A stretch of DNA of 64,000 nucleotides, from NCBI GenBank assembly GCA_041946735.1, contig JBHGAY010000006.1:1-64000 (forward strand), given 5' to 3'. Below, in pieces: positions 27,782 to 37,266 of the stretch. Position 1 is the first letter of the stretch, and the number at the start of each line of letters is the position of its first letter. The translations under genes and the position numbers were made by a program. The DNA is from Candidatus Eiseniibacteriota bacterium. GTDB lineage: Bacteria; Eisenbacteria; RBG-16-71-46; CAIMUX01; VGJL01. The notes under the pieces are model-generated. The model saw nothing but the letters and a program-made list of their open reading frames with translations, did no database searches and was not told the DNA's origin.

Positions 27782-29044
27782 TCAGCGCACGAGCTGGAAG
27801 TAGCGGCGCTTGCCGAGCCGAACGAGCGTCGAGGGGCGGCCGTCCCACGTCGCCGCGGTGTCGCGCACAGGCTCCTGCTCCACGTAGAAGCCTCCCTGCT
27901 GCATGAGGCGGCGCATCTCGCTCTTGCTGGCGGCCAGCTTCGCCGCCACGGCGAGGTCCACCCAGCTCGTGCCGGGCGCGACGGACGCAGGAACCCGCAC
28001 CTCCTCGATCTCCTCGGGCGCCGACTTCTCCTGCACGACCTGTCGAAAGTGCTCCGCCGCGCGGGCGGCCGCCTCGCTCCCGTGGTAGAGCCCGACGACG
28101 TGCGCGGCCAGCTCCTTCTTGACGTCCATCGGATTCGTCCCCTTCTCGGCGAGGCGCGCTTTCAGCGCTTCCGCCTCGGCTTCGGTCATCGCCGTCCCGA
28201 GATCGAGGAAGTTGGGGATGAGATCGTCGGCGATCCGCATCGTCTTGCCGTAGATGTCCTCCGGCGTGTCGTTGATGTGGATCGCATTCCCGTACGACTT
28301 CGACATCTTCCGCCCGTCGGTTCCCATCAGGAGCGGGAGGGTGATCATGATGTGCGCCTTCTCCCCCATCCGCTCCTGAATCCACCGGCCGGCGAGCATG
28401 TTGAAGTGCTGGTCGTAGCCGCCCACCTGCACGTCGCAGTGCAGCGCGTAGGCGTCGTATCCCTGCATCAGGCTGTAGAGGGTCTCATGGAGGCGGAGCG
28501 ATTCCCCGCGATCGAGCCGCTCGCGGAAATCCCGCCGGCTGATGATCCACTTCAAGGGGAAGATCGACGCCAGCTCCGCGATCTGCGCAAAGGTCAGCTT
28601 CGAGAGCCACTCGCCGTTCCTGCGGATCTCCGTCCTCTTCGAGTCCAGGAGCCGGAACGCCTGCTCCGCGTAGGTGCGCCCCATCTCGAGGACCTCCTCG
28701 TGGCGCAGCCTCTTTCGTTCCGTCGATTGCCCGGAGGGATCGCCGATCGTGGCGGTGTAATCGCCGATCAGGAAGATGACCTGATGGCCCAGCTCCTGGA
28801 ACTGCCGCAGCTTCTGCACGGGGACGAAGTGGCCCAGGTGGAGGTTGGTCGAAGTCGGATCGACGCCCAGATAGACCCGCAAGGGACGGCCTTCGGCGAG
28901 CCGCTCCCGCAACTCCGCCGTCATCTGCTCCCGGAGGCTCTTCCCCTCGCTCAGCCGCGCGCCTTCCTCCCCTCCGTCGACCTCGTCGGCGAAAAGGGTC
29001 GCGCGCAGCAGAATCTCGATCTGTTCATCGATCGACTTCTTCAT
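27782..29044 (-). CDS. tyrS: Tyrosine--tRNA ligase
   Basis: GVDPT…HLGH, IGDPSG, YSLMQGYD, GGYDQ, KMSKS, C-terminal S4-like domain. Confidence 0.93.
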   Translation of the reverse strand: MKKSIDEQIEILLRATLFADEVDGGEEGARLSEGKSLREQMTAELRERLAEGRPLRVYLGVDPTSTNLHLGHFVPVQKLRQFQELGHQVIFLIGDYTATIGDPSGQSTERKRLRHEEVLEMGRTYAEQAFRLLDSKRTEIRRNGEWLSKLTFAQIAELASIFPLKWIISRRDFRERLDRGESLRLHETLYSLMQGYDAYALHCDVQVGGYDQHFNMLAGRWIQERMGEKAHIMITLPLLMGTDGRKMSKSYGNAIHINDTPEDIYGKTMRIADDLIPNFLDLGTAMTEAEAEALKARLAEKGTNPMDVKKELAAHVVGLYHGSEAAARAAEHFRQVVQEKSAPEEIEEVRVPASVAPGTSWVDLAVAAKLAASKSEMRRLMQQGGFYVEQEPVRDTAATWDGRPSTLVRLGKRRYFQLVR

Positions 29045-29291
29045 GCTCTTCGTCCTCTCGGTTCTGTGCTTCCGGCGGTTGCTCCCGGCCAGCGCCCGTA
29101 CGGTGGCCGCGCCCGGCGCGCCGGTAACGGGTACGGCGGAATGGGAGTATCGCACAGCCTTCCGTGCCGGATCTAGAAGCCCAGGCGGGGCGGAGAGAGG
29201 CGGGCGGCGTGCCCCCCACCCGGCCGGTCCGGCGGCGCCGGTCGGCCGCCGCCTTGCCGACTCGGGTTCGCCCCTCTATCCTCACCGCGGT

Positions 29292-30560
29292 ATGTCATCC
29301 CCGCGCGCTTCGGCGAGCCAACCCCAGCCATCCCGCGACGCGAGCGTCGCTCCGCTCCCACGGATCGCCGGACAGATCGGCGCCGGCCTGGCGGCATTCG
29401 GCACCGCCGGGTTCGCCGCCGCGAGCCCGATCTCGATCGCCGGGGCGGAGATCGCAGCCGGCATCGCCCTGCTCGGAGCCATCCTCGCGATCGTCTCCGG
29501 ACGGTGGCGGTATCGCCCGACGCCGGTCGACGTCCCGCTGTTGCTCTTCTTCGCCGCCGAGATTCTCTCGATCCCCTTCTCCGTCCATCCGGCCCGGAGT
29601 TTGCGCTGCCTGAAGGGGGACTGGTTCCTGGTCCTCTTCTTCGGCTTCTCGCAGGCGTTCCGCCACTCGCGCGACGTGCGGCGCGCGTTTCGGATCCTCC
29701 TCGTCTCTTCGTCGATCGTCGCGGGCTACGCGTTGCTGCAGATGTTCCTCGGACAGGACCTGCTGCGCCACCGCCCGCTCGAACCGCTCGGCTCCTTCTT
29801 TATCGCGACCGGCTTCTTCGGCCACCACCTGACCTACGGCGGGCACGTTCTGCTGACCGCCGCGCTCGCCGCCTCGTGGTGGGCCTTCGAGCGGCCCCGG
29901 CGCCGGCAGGTCCCCGGACGCGTCGCCGGCATCCTCCTGCAAACCGCCGGCGTCGTCGCGAGCTTCGCGCGCACGGCGTGGATCGGCTTCGCGGCCGCCA
30001 TCGCGACCATCGCGCTGCTCGCGCGCGGACCGATCCGCCGGCTCGCGATCGCTTCGGGAGGGATCGTCCTCGCCCTGCTCCTCGCCCTCGCCCCGCTCCG
30101 CGAGCGGCTCGGCGCGTTCGTATCGTTCGGCGACGATCCGCGAGTCCGCCTCTGGCAGACGGCGCTACGCATCTGGCGCGACCATCCGATCTTCGGAGCG
30201 GGCCTGGGGAGCTTTAAGACGCAGTTCCCGATCTACAAGGTCCCTGGCCACTACATGGCGACCGGCCATCCGCACAACGACCTGCTGAACATCCTCGTAC
30301 ACTCCGGAATCGTCGGCATCGCGGCGTTCGCGTTTCTCTGGTATCGCTACTTCCGCGCCGTCGCCGGGGCCGAACGGCGAGTGCCGAAGGCGGGCGGCCC
30401 GCGCGCTCTGCTCCTCGCGGGTATCCTCGTCCCAGCGGCGTTCTTCGTCGGCGGTCTCGGCCAGTGCTTCCTGACCGACGAGGAGGTCGGAATCCTCTTC
30501 TGGTTCCTGGTCGCCGGCTTCCTCGCCGTCGCCCGCGAGGTGCGCGATGGCGTCGCTTGA
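29292..30560 (+). CDS. O-antigen ligase / Wzy_C family membrane protein
   Basis: Multiple TMs; SFARTAW, RVRLWQTA…HPIFGAGLG, HPHNDLL…GIVG. Confidence 0.85.
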   Translation: MSSPRASASQPQPSRDASVAPLPRIAGQIGAGLAAFGTAGFAAASPISIAGAEIAAGIALLGAILAIVSGRWRYRPTPVDVPLLLFFAAEILSIPFSVHPARSLRCLKGDWFLVLFFGFSQAFRHSRDVRRAFRILLVSSSIVAGYALLQMFLGQDLLRHRPLEPLGSFFIATGFFGHHLTYGGHVLLTAALAASWWAFERPRRRQVPGRVAGILLQTAGVVASFARTAWIGFAAAIATIALLARGPIRRLAIASGGIVLALLLALAPLRERLGAFVSFGDDPRVRLWQTALRIWRDHPIFGAGLGSFKTQFPIYKVPGHYMATGHPHNDLLNILVHSGIVGIAAFAFLWYRYFRAVAGAERRVPKAGGPRALLLAGILVPAAFFVGGLGQCFLTDEEVGILFWFLVAGFLAVAREVRDGVA

Positions 30561-31701
30561 GCGGCGCGCGAAACGGCTCCTGATTCGCGGCGTCGCTCCC
30601 ATCTTCCCGCCCCGCCGCGAGACTGAGGCAGGCGCCGGCCTCACGCGTTCGCCTCGCCGGATCGCGCTCCTCCGCGTCGACGATCGCCTCGGGAACCTGC
30701 TCCTGCTGACGCCGGCGCTCGACTGGATCGCGCGGGTCCGTCCCGATGCGGAACTCGGCGTGGTCGTCAGTTCGGCGTTCGCCTCGCTTCTCGCAAACGA
30801 TCCGCGGATCGGCCGCTGCATCGTCCTCGACAAGACGGCGCAGAAGCGAGCGTTCCCGATCTTCCTCGCCGACCTCGCCCGCGTGGGCTCGCTCCGAGCG
30901 GACGCGGCGATCGAGTGCAGCGATCGCAACGCCTTCTCCTTCTCGAGCGCCCTCTACGCGCTCGCGACCCGCGCCCCGCGCCGGATCGGCTTCGCGAACG
31001 ACCTCGCGGCCCGCTACCTGTCCGAGACTGTCGAGCCGGGACCGCCCGGCCATGCCGCCCGCGATCCGGTGCGCCTCGCCGCCGCGCTCCTGGGAATCCC
31101 CGCGCCGCCGCTGCAGGATTGCCGGCTCTCGATCCATCTGCCGGCGCCATCGCCGGCCTGGGAGCGCTGGCTCGCCGGCGCGACGGAGGGCGCGGAAGGA
31201 CGCATCGTCGGCCTGCACGTGGGCGGGCGCGGGCGCAAACGCTGGCCGGTCGACCGCTTCGCCACGCTCGCGCACGCGCTCCTCGACGACGGCCTCCGCC
31301 CCTGGATCTTCCGCGGCCCTCTCGAGCAAGAGGACGGTGAAACGGGGGACCCGTTCCGCGACGTTCTCGCCCGCGGCGCCGTCCAGGTGCCGAGGAGCGG
31401 GATCGTGCCGATCGGCCAGGCGCTCGCGCGCTGCTCGCTCGTCGTCGCCCCCGACACGGGGCCGATGCACCTCGCCTGCGCCGTGGGAACGCCGACGCTC
31501 GCGCTCTTCCTCGACTCCCAGGCGGAGCGCTACCACCCGATCGGACCGGAACATCGCTGGATCGACGCGCGCGGGCGGGCGCTCGGCGTCGACGAAGTCC
31601 GCGCGGCGGCCGCGGAGATGGGAGCCGCGGAAGCCACCGACACGACCGGAGGACGGGAGATACGGGCGCTCGGCGCGGACGGTAAGGCCAGCCGGCGATG
31701 A
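30547..31701 (+). CDS. GT9 glycosyltransferase (heptosyltransferase-like)
   Basis: DRLGNLLL, KRWP, DTGPMHLACAVGTP. Confidence 0.88.
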   Translation: MASLERRAKRLLIRGVAPIFPPRRETEAGAGLTRSPRRIALLRVDDRLGNLLLLTPALDWIARVRPDAELGVVVSSAFASLLANDPRIGRCIVLDKTAQKRAFPIFLADLARVGSLRADAAIECSDRNAFSFSSALYALATRAPRRIGFANDLAARYLSETVEPGPPGHAARDPVRLAAALLGIPAPPLQDCRLSIHLPAPSPAWERWLAGATEGAEGRIVGLHVGGRGRKRWPVDRFATLAHALLDDGLRPWIFRGPLEQEDGETGDPFRDVLARGAVQVPRSGIVPIGQALARCSLVVAPDTGPMHLACAVGTPTLALFLDSQAERYHPIGPEHRWIDARGRALGVDEVRAAAAEMGAAEATDTTGGREIRALGADGKASRR

Positions 31702-33662
31702 AGCTCTATCTGCGCCTGCTCCGCTTCCTCAGGCCGCACGCGCGGCTGCTGGCCGCTGCGATCCTCTGCATGGTCGTCTACGCATCGTTCTCCGGCGCCA
31801 CCGTCGCGCTCGTCGTCCCCTTCAGCCGGATCCTCTTCTACGGCGGCTCGCTCGATGGGACTCCCGGGACCGCCGTCTCCGGCCCGGCGCCTGCCACAGC
31901 GCCTGCCACGGCGCCAGCCCCCGGGACCGCCGTCTCCACCCCGGCCCCGGAGCCATCGACGACGCCCGGACCCGCCGCGACTTCGCCCGGGCGACTCGAT
32001 GCGCTGCAGGAAGGCCTGAAGCGGGGGATCTACGATCGTGTCCGCGGCGCCGACCGCGTCGAGACGCTCGGGCGCTTCTGCGTGCTGATCCTGCTCGTCT
32101 TCCTCATCAAGAACCTGTTCTGGTACGCGCAGTCGTTCCTGATCGTGCGCGTCGAGCAAGGGGTGATCCGCGACATCCGCAACGCCCTCTACGCGCACTA
32201 CCTGAGCCTCCCGGTGGAGTACTACAACCAGGCGCGTGCCGGCACGCTCGTCTCCCGGATCACGAACGACGTCAGCCTCGTGCGCGGCGCGATCGCGAAC
32301 GGCTTCGCGCAGGCGATCCGCCAGTCGCTCCTCGTCGTCGCCTACCTCGTGGCCGTTCTCGCCGCGAACTGGCGCCTCTTCCTGATCACGCTCGTCGTGG
32401 CGCCGCCCGCCTTCTGGGCGATCGACAGGATCGCGCGCAAGCTCCGCCGTCACAGCACGCGCAGCCAGGAGCGGATGGCGGAGCTGACCGGGACGCTGCA
32501 GGAGACGATCCACGGGGTGCGTGTCGTGAAGGCGTTCAACCTCGAGGGACGGATGCGGGAACGCTTCCGCCGCGTGAACCAGGCGTTCGCCAACGCCATG
32601 GTTCGGATGACACGGACCGGCTCGCTCGCGCCGCCGCTGACCGAGATCCTCGGCGCCACCGTCGGCGTCGTCATCCTCTACATCGGCGGGCGCGACATCG
32701 TGCGAGGCACCGGGATGGATGCGGGACGCTTCCTGATGTTCCTCGTCGCGCTCTTCGCCCTGATGCAGCCGATCCGCACCCTGTCCCAGGTGAACATCCA
32801 GATCGAAGAGGGGCTTGCCGCCGCCGTACGGATCTTCGCCGTCCTCGACACGCGCTCGACGATCGCCGATCCGCCCGCTCCCACCCGCTTCCCGGACCGG
32901 ATCGACGAGATCCGCTTCGACCGGGTCTCCTTCTCCTACGTCCAGGAGGTGCCGGTGCTGCGCGGCGTCGACTTCGCCGTCGATTCGGGACAGATGATCG
33001 CGATCGTCGGACCGAGCGGCGCGGGCAAGTCCACGCTGGTCGACATGGTCCCCCGCTTCTACGATCCGCAGGGGGGCGCGGTGCGCGTCAACGGCATCGA
33101 CATCCGCGACTTCTCTCTCGACGACCTGCGCCGCGCCATCGGCCTGGTCACGCAGGAGACGATCCTCTTCGACGACACGGTGGGCGCGAACATCGAGTTG
33201 GGACGGCCGGGCGCGACCGCCGCCGAGATCGCCGAAGCAGCCCGGGCCGCCAACGCGGACCGCTTCATCCGCGAGCTCCCGCACGGATACGAGACGCCCG
33301 TAGGCGACCGCGGCGTCAAGCTCTCCGGCGGCCAGCGCCAGAGGCTCGCGATCGCGCGAGCGATCCTGCGCGATCCGCCGATCTTGATTTTCGACGAGGC
33401 GACTTCCGCTCTCGACAGCGAGAGCGAGGCGCTGGTCCAGGAGGCGCTCGATCGCCTCGTGCGTCACCGCACCACCTTCGTCATCGCCCACCGGCTCTCG
33501 ACGGTCCTCCACGCCGACCGGATCCTCGTGCTCGAGGCGGGGAAGGTGATCGATTCCGGGACGCACGAGGAGCTGCTCGCCCGTGGAGGCCTCTACGGCC
33601 GCCTCTACGAGATGCAGTTCCGGGATCGCGTCCCGGCGGCGGCGCAAGCCGAGCCGCTCTGA
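31698..33662 (+). CDS. MsbA-like ABC exporter (TMD+NBD) with a Pro/Thr/Ala-rich loop insertion
   Basis: GPSGAGKST, LSGGQRQR, DEATSALD, IAHRLST; located in an LPS-type operon. Confidence 0.9.
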   Translation: MKLYLRLLRFLRPHARLLAAAILCMVVYASFSGATVALVVPFSRILFYGGSLDGTPGTAVSGPAPATAPATAPAPGTAVSTPAPEPSTTPGPAATSPGRLDALQEGLKRGIYDRVRGADRVETLGRFCVLILLVFLIKNLFWYAQSFLIVRVEQGVIRDIRNALYAHYLSLPVEYYNQARAGTLVSRITNDVSLVRGAIANGFAQAIRQSLLVVAYLVAVLAANWRLFLITLVVAPPAFWAIDRIARKLRRHSTRSQERMAELTGTLQETIHGVRVVKAFNLEGRMRERFRRVNQAFANAMVRMTRTGSLAPPLTEILGATVGVVILYIGGRDIVRGTGMDAGRFLMFLVALFALMQPIRTLSQVNIQIEEGLAAAVRIFAVLDTRSTIADPPAPTRFPDRIDEIRFDRVSFSYVQEVPVLRGVDFAVDSGQMIAIVGPSGAGKSTLVDMVPRFYDPQGGAVRVNGIDIRDFSLDDLRRAIGLVTQETILFDDTVGANIELGRPGATAAEIAEAARAANADRFIRELPHGYETPVGDRGVKLSGGQRQRLAIARAILRDPPILIFDEATSALDSESEALVQEALDRLVRHRTTFVIAHRLSTVLHADRILVLEAGKVIDSGTHEELLARGGLYGRLYEMQFRDRVPAAAQAEPL

Positions 33663-33758
33663 GCCAGCCCCTGGCGGAACGAGCGGCGCCCGGCTTACCC
33701 TGTTTCCGTCCCGGCTGGAGGAGCCCGAAACGACGCATCCCGTCGGAGGGGGAGGAGG

Positions 33759-34481
33759 ATGGAGATGGCGAAGCGCAGCACGGAGGGATCGCAGATGGAC
33801 CGGAGGCCGACGCGGGCCTTGAGGCAGCGCCTCCCTCTCTACTTCCGCATCGGCGAGAGGCTGCTGCGGTTGGGGAAGGGAGAGGCGCAGATCTCCGAGC
33901 TGGCTTCGGCGCAGGGGATCGCGGACGAAGAGGCGAACGAAGACATGGAGATCCTCGGGATCGAGCGGCGTTCCGGCGGGTCCGTCGCCGTCGCCTCGCT
34001 GCACGACGTGGCGGAGCATCTGCTCGGTCTCCGTCCCGTCAACACGGCAGTGCTGGTCGGCATGGGGCGTCTCGGCTCGGCGGTCGCCGCCTATGAAGGG
34101 TTCCATCAGCATGGAATGCGGATCGTCGCGGTCTTCGACGCGAATCCGGAGAAGATCGGCCGCTTCGTCTCCGGACTGCGGATCCTTCCGATGGAACAGC
34201 TCGAGGACGTGCTCAATATCTTCCAGATCCGGCTCGCCGTCCTGACCGTGTCGCCCGACGAGGCGCAGGACGTGGCGACCCGGCTCGCGAGGGCCGGCGT
34301 CCAGGCGATCTGGAACTTCGCGCCGGTGAAGCTCACGCTGCCCGAGGACATCGTCGTTCGCAACGAGGACCTGGCCGCAGGTCTCGCGCAGCTCTGCCGG
34401 GACCTACGAGAGACCAACCTGCGGAGGTTGCCGCCGGAGGAGGGCGGAGCGGATGCCAGGACCGAGAACACCAAGAGGTAG
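33759..34481 (+). CDS. rex: Rex-family redox-sensing protein with divergent N-terminal HTH
   Basis: RLPLYFR, GMGRLG Rossmann motif, AVFDANPEKIG, AIWNFAPVKL; canonical IRKD and GY residues absent. Confidence 0.8.
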   Translation: MEMAKRSTEGSQMDRRPTRALRQRLPLYFRIGERLLRLGKGEAQISELASAQGIADEEANEDMEILGIERRSGGSVAVASLHDVAEHLLGLRPVNTAVLVGMGRLGSAVAAYEGFHQHGMRIVAVFDANPEKIGRFVSGLRILPMEQLEDVLNIFQIRLAVLTVSPDEAQDVATRLARAGVQAIWNFAPVKLTLPEDIVVRNEDLAAGLAQLCRDLRETNLRRLPPEEGGADARTENTKR

Positions 34482-35727
34482 GCCAAGCGTCGCGGGGAAG
34501 AAGACCGCCCTGCGCAGTACCGGAAGCGCAAAGCGTGCGGCGGGGCGCGAGAGCGGCGGCGGCGCCGCCGGCGTCACCCTCCTCATCGGGACGCGCAAAG
34601 GGGCGTTCCTCCTGAAGAGCGACCCGGCGCGCCGCACGTGGAAGCTGAGCGAGCCGATCCTGCTCGGCAACAACGTCCACCACTTCGTCGCCGACGCGCG
34701 CGAGCCGTGCCGGATGCTTCTCGCCGCTCGTACCGGCCACCTCGGCCCGACCGTCTTCCGCTCGACCGACGCCGGCCGGACCTGGAAGGAGGCCGCGAGC
34801 CCGCCGGCCTTTCCCAAAGCGAAGGAGGGAGAGAAGGGGCGAGTGGTCGGCCACGTCTTCTGGCTCACGCCGGGGCACCCGTCCGAGCCGGGATCGTGGT
34901 ATGCCGGCACGTCCCCGCAAGGGCTCTTCCGCTCCGTCGACCACGGCGAGAGATGGGAGCCGGTGCCCGGGTTCAACGACCACCCGATGCGCGAGACCTG
35001 GACGGGCGGCGACCAGTCGGGGACTCCCGACGGTCCCAAGATGCATAGCGTCCTCGTCGACCCGCGCGATCCGGAGCATCTCTACATCGGCATGTCGGGC
35101 GGCGGAGTCTTCGAGAGCACCGACCGCGGCGATTCCTGGATGCCGCTGAACGAGGGATGCCGGGCCGACTTCTTCCCCGATCCGTACCCGGAGTACGGCC
35201 ACGACCCGCACTGCGTCCGCCTGCACCCCCTGCGGCCGGACCGCCTCTACCAGCAGAATCACTGCGGGATCTACCGTCTCGACCGTCCCTCTTCGAAGTG
35301 GATGAGGATCGGCGAGAAGATGCCGAAGAAGATCGGCGACATCGGCTTCCCGCTCGTGCTCCATCCGCGCGATCCCGACACCGTCTGGGTCTTCCCGATG
35401 GATGGGACGGAAGTCTGGCCACGCACGAGCCCCGGCGCCAAGCCCGCCGCCTACGTCACCCGCAACGCGGGAAAGACGTGGACCCGCCAGGACGCCGGGC
35501 TCCCCGCCGAGAACGCCTACTTCACCGTGCTCCGGCAGGCGATGACGGCCGACGATCGCGACCCGGTCGGCGTCTACTTCGGGACGACGAGCGGGGAAAT
35601 CTGGGGGAGCCGCGACGAAGGGCAGAAATGGACCCAGATCGCCGCGCACCTGCCGCATGTCTACTCCATCGAGACGGTGGGGGGCCGCGGCGGAGGTATG
35701 CCTGGCGCCGGCCCGCGAGGACGGTGA
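34453..35727 (+). CDS. BNR/Asp-box beta-propeller protein (sialidase/VPS10/Ycf48-like fold), no signal peptide
   Basis: Asp boxes RSTDAGRTW, RSVDHGERW, ESTDRGDSW, VTRNAGKTW, SRDEGQKW; LLIGTRKGAF, QQNHCG. Confidence 0.85.
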   Translation: MPGPRTPRGRPSVAGKKTALRSTGSAKRAAGRESGGGAAGVTLLIGTRKGAFLLKSDPARRTWKLSEPILLGNNVHHFVADAREPCRMLLAARTGHLGPTVFRSTDAGRTWKEAASPPAFPKAKEGEKGRVVGHVFWLTPGHPSEPGSWYAGTSPQGLFRSVDHGERWEPVPGFNDHPMRETWTGGDQSGTPDGPKMHSVLVDPRDPEHLYIGMSGGGVFESTDRGDSWMPLNEGCRADFFPDPYPEYGHDPHCVRLHPLRPDRLYQQNHCGIYRLDRPSSKWMRIGEKMPKKIGDIGFPLVLHPRDPDTVWVFPMDGTEVWPRTSPGAKPAAYVTRNAGKTWTRQDAGLPAENAYFTVLRQAMTADDRDPVGVYFGTTSGEIWGSRDEGQKWTQIAAHLPHVYSIETVGGRGGGMPGAGPRGR

Positions 35728-35732
35728 GCGCC

Positions 35733-35993
35733 ATGCAGGTCCACATTCCGAGCCCGATGCGAAGCTACACGGGCGGAAGCAGCGAAGTGCAGGCCGAGGG
35801 GCCCTCGGTCGCCGCGCTCCTCCTCGACCTCGATCGCCGTTTCCCCGGGTTCCGCTTCCGGATCATCGACGAGCAGGATCGGATCCGGCCGCACATGAGG
35901 ATCTTCGTGAACGGGGAGCAGACGTTCGAACTCGAGACGCCCTTGCGGCCCTCGGACGACGTGCATATCCTCCAGGCGTTGAGCGGAGGCTGA
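35733..35993 (+). CDS. MoaD/ThiS/SAMP-like ubiquitin-fold protein with C-terminal GG
   Basis: 86 aa; VHIP..MR.YTGG, IFVNGE, ends QALSGG*; alternative GTG at 35724 overlaps the propeller stop. Confidence 0.9.
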   Translation: MQVHIPSPMRSYTGGSSEVQAEGPSVAALLLDLDRRFPGFRFRIIDEQDRIRPHMRIFVNGEQTFELETPLRPSDDVHILQALSGG

Positions 35994-36081
35994 GCCGGCC
36001 CGCTGCGCGGAAGTTCGGAGCATGGGAGGGGGGGCTCCCGCCTCAGCGAGGCCCCCGCCCTACTCATCTAGCGGTCGCTGT

Positions 36082-36891
36082 CTAGTGGTCGTTGTCGTTC
36101 GTGCCGCTCGTGCCGCTCGCTCCGCCGTTGCCGTTCTTCGCGCCGCCCTGGCCATTCCTCCCCTCTTCTTTCCCCTCCTCGTCTCCTGCGGGCGGCTTCC
36201 ACTGCTGGGCGAACGTCACTTCCTTCTTCGCCCCCGGCAGGTTGCGGATCGTGATGACCGCACGGATCTCGCCCGGCTCCGCTTGCCAGAGGTTCGCCTG
36301 CCCGAAAAGCTGCGGCTGGAGGGGAGGAACACCAGCCCCCGTGGTGTCGGCCGAGCCCGACTGCCCGGCTCCGGCTTCCGTCCGCTCCTCGGTCCGGGTC
36401 TCCCCCGAGGTCCCGGTCTGCCGCTCCGCGGTGTTCTCCCCAGGCGGGCCGATCTGCTCCTTCAACTCGATCGTCTGCGACTTCCCGTTCGGCCACTGCA
36501 GGATCGCCGTCCCGCTCACCGAATCGAGCTGCATCACCGGAGTCATCTTGTCTCCGAAGATCCAGACATGGACGCCGTCGGAGTCGAACACCGTCTCGAA
36601 TGTGTAGCCCTGCATCTCAGTGATCTGACCGCCATGCGTCTTCGCCCCTTCACGGGTGTGCGCCTCGTCCGACTCCTGGCCGGTCCCCTGACGGTCCTGC
36701 TCGTCCTGCTGCTGCTCTCGCTGCTGTTGCTGCTCCTGCTGCTCCTGCTGCTGCTTTTCCTGCTGCTCCTGCTGTTTTTCCTGGGACTGCGCCTGCTCTT
36801 CCGCCTGAGCCAGCGCCTGGCCGCCCAGCACAGGCGGACCGGCGAGCGCCACTCCGAGGACCGTTCCGCAGAGCCACAACGCCGCTCTCAT
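36082..36891 (-). CDS. Exported protein with Gln/Glu-rich tract and an HGG-containing beta domain
   Basis: AAGGAGG RBS; signal peptide ending ALA-Q; (Q/E)-rich run; THGGQI…FETVF…VHVW. Confidence 0.7.
   Translation of the reverse strand: MRAALWLCGTVLGVALAGPPVLGGQALAQAEEQAQSQEKQQEQQEKQQQEQQEQQQQREQQQDEQDRQGTGQESDEAHTREGAKTHGGQITEMQGYTFETVFDSDGVHVWIFGDKMTPVMQLDSVSGTAILQWPNGKSQTIELKEQIGPPGENTAERQTGTSGETRTEERTEAGAGQSGSADTTGAGVPPLQPQLFGQANLWQAEPGEIRAVITIRNLPGAKKEVTFAQQWKPPAGDEEGKEEGRNGQGGAKNGNGGASGTSGTNDNDH
36695..36810 (-). repeat. CAG/GAG low-complexity repeat encoding a poly-Q/E tract
   Basis: Plus strand ctgctgctgctc…ctgctcctgctgctg iterations. Confidence 0.7.
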
Positions 36892-37224
36892 CGCATGCAC
36901 CTCCTTCTTCTCTCCACTCTTCGCCGTCGACATCGACGTCGCCTCGGGTTGTTCCGTTCCCGCCCGCCTGAGCGTCCGGCCCCTTCGTTCGAGTCGAGCA
37001 GGATCCGGGCCGCGATCGGGGATCAGGATCTTGGGGCGGAAGCAACGTGCCGTGCCTCACTTGTACATTATCTCGCCGGCGCCGTCGCTCGCTCGGTCCG
37101 TTACCTTTTTTCTGCTTCATGAAGCGAAGGGAAGAAAGGTGCCGTTCGCCGTCTCGATCCTGGCCGGCCGGAGCTCCGGCTCGTCCGTTCCTCCCCAGCA
37201 CGGGGATTCCCCGTGGTCGCGGGA

Positions 37225-37266
37225 TGCTTGGCCGCCGGGCTGCTTGGCCGCCGGGCTGCTTGACCG
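37225..37266 (+). repeat. 16-bp direct repeat (2 perfect copies + 1 partial) just upstream of archease
   Basis: TGCTTGGCCGCCGGGC x2 followed by TGCTTGACCG. Confidence 0.75.

Noticed and set aside
29045..29290. T-box riboswitch upstream of tyrS
   Set aside because: No GGTGGNACC antiterminator motif or U-tailed terminator on the minus strand
36946..37010. tRNA gene around GTTCGAGTC
   Set aside because: No D-arm, anticodon arm or CCA, and too short for a cloverleaf
37040..37060. Sigma54-like element on the minus strand (AGGCACGGCACGTTGCT)
   Set aside because: GG-to-GC spacing is one base longer than the strict -24/-12 requirement
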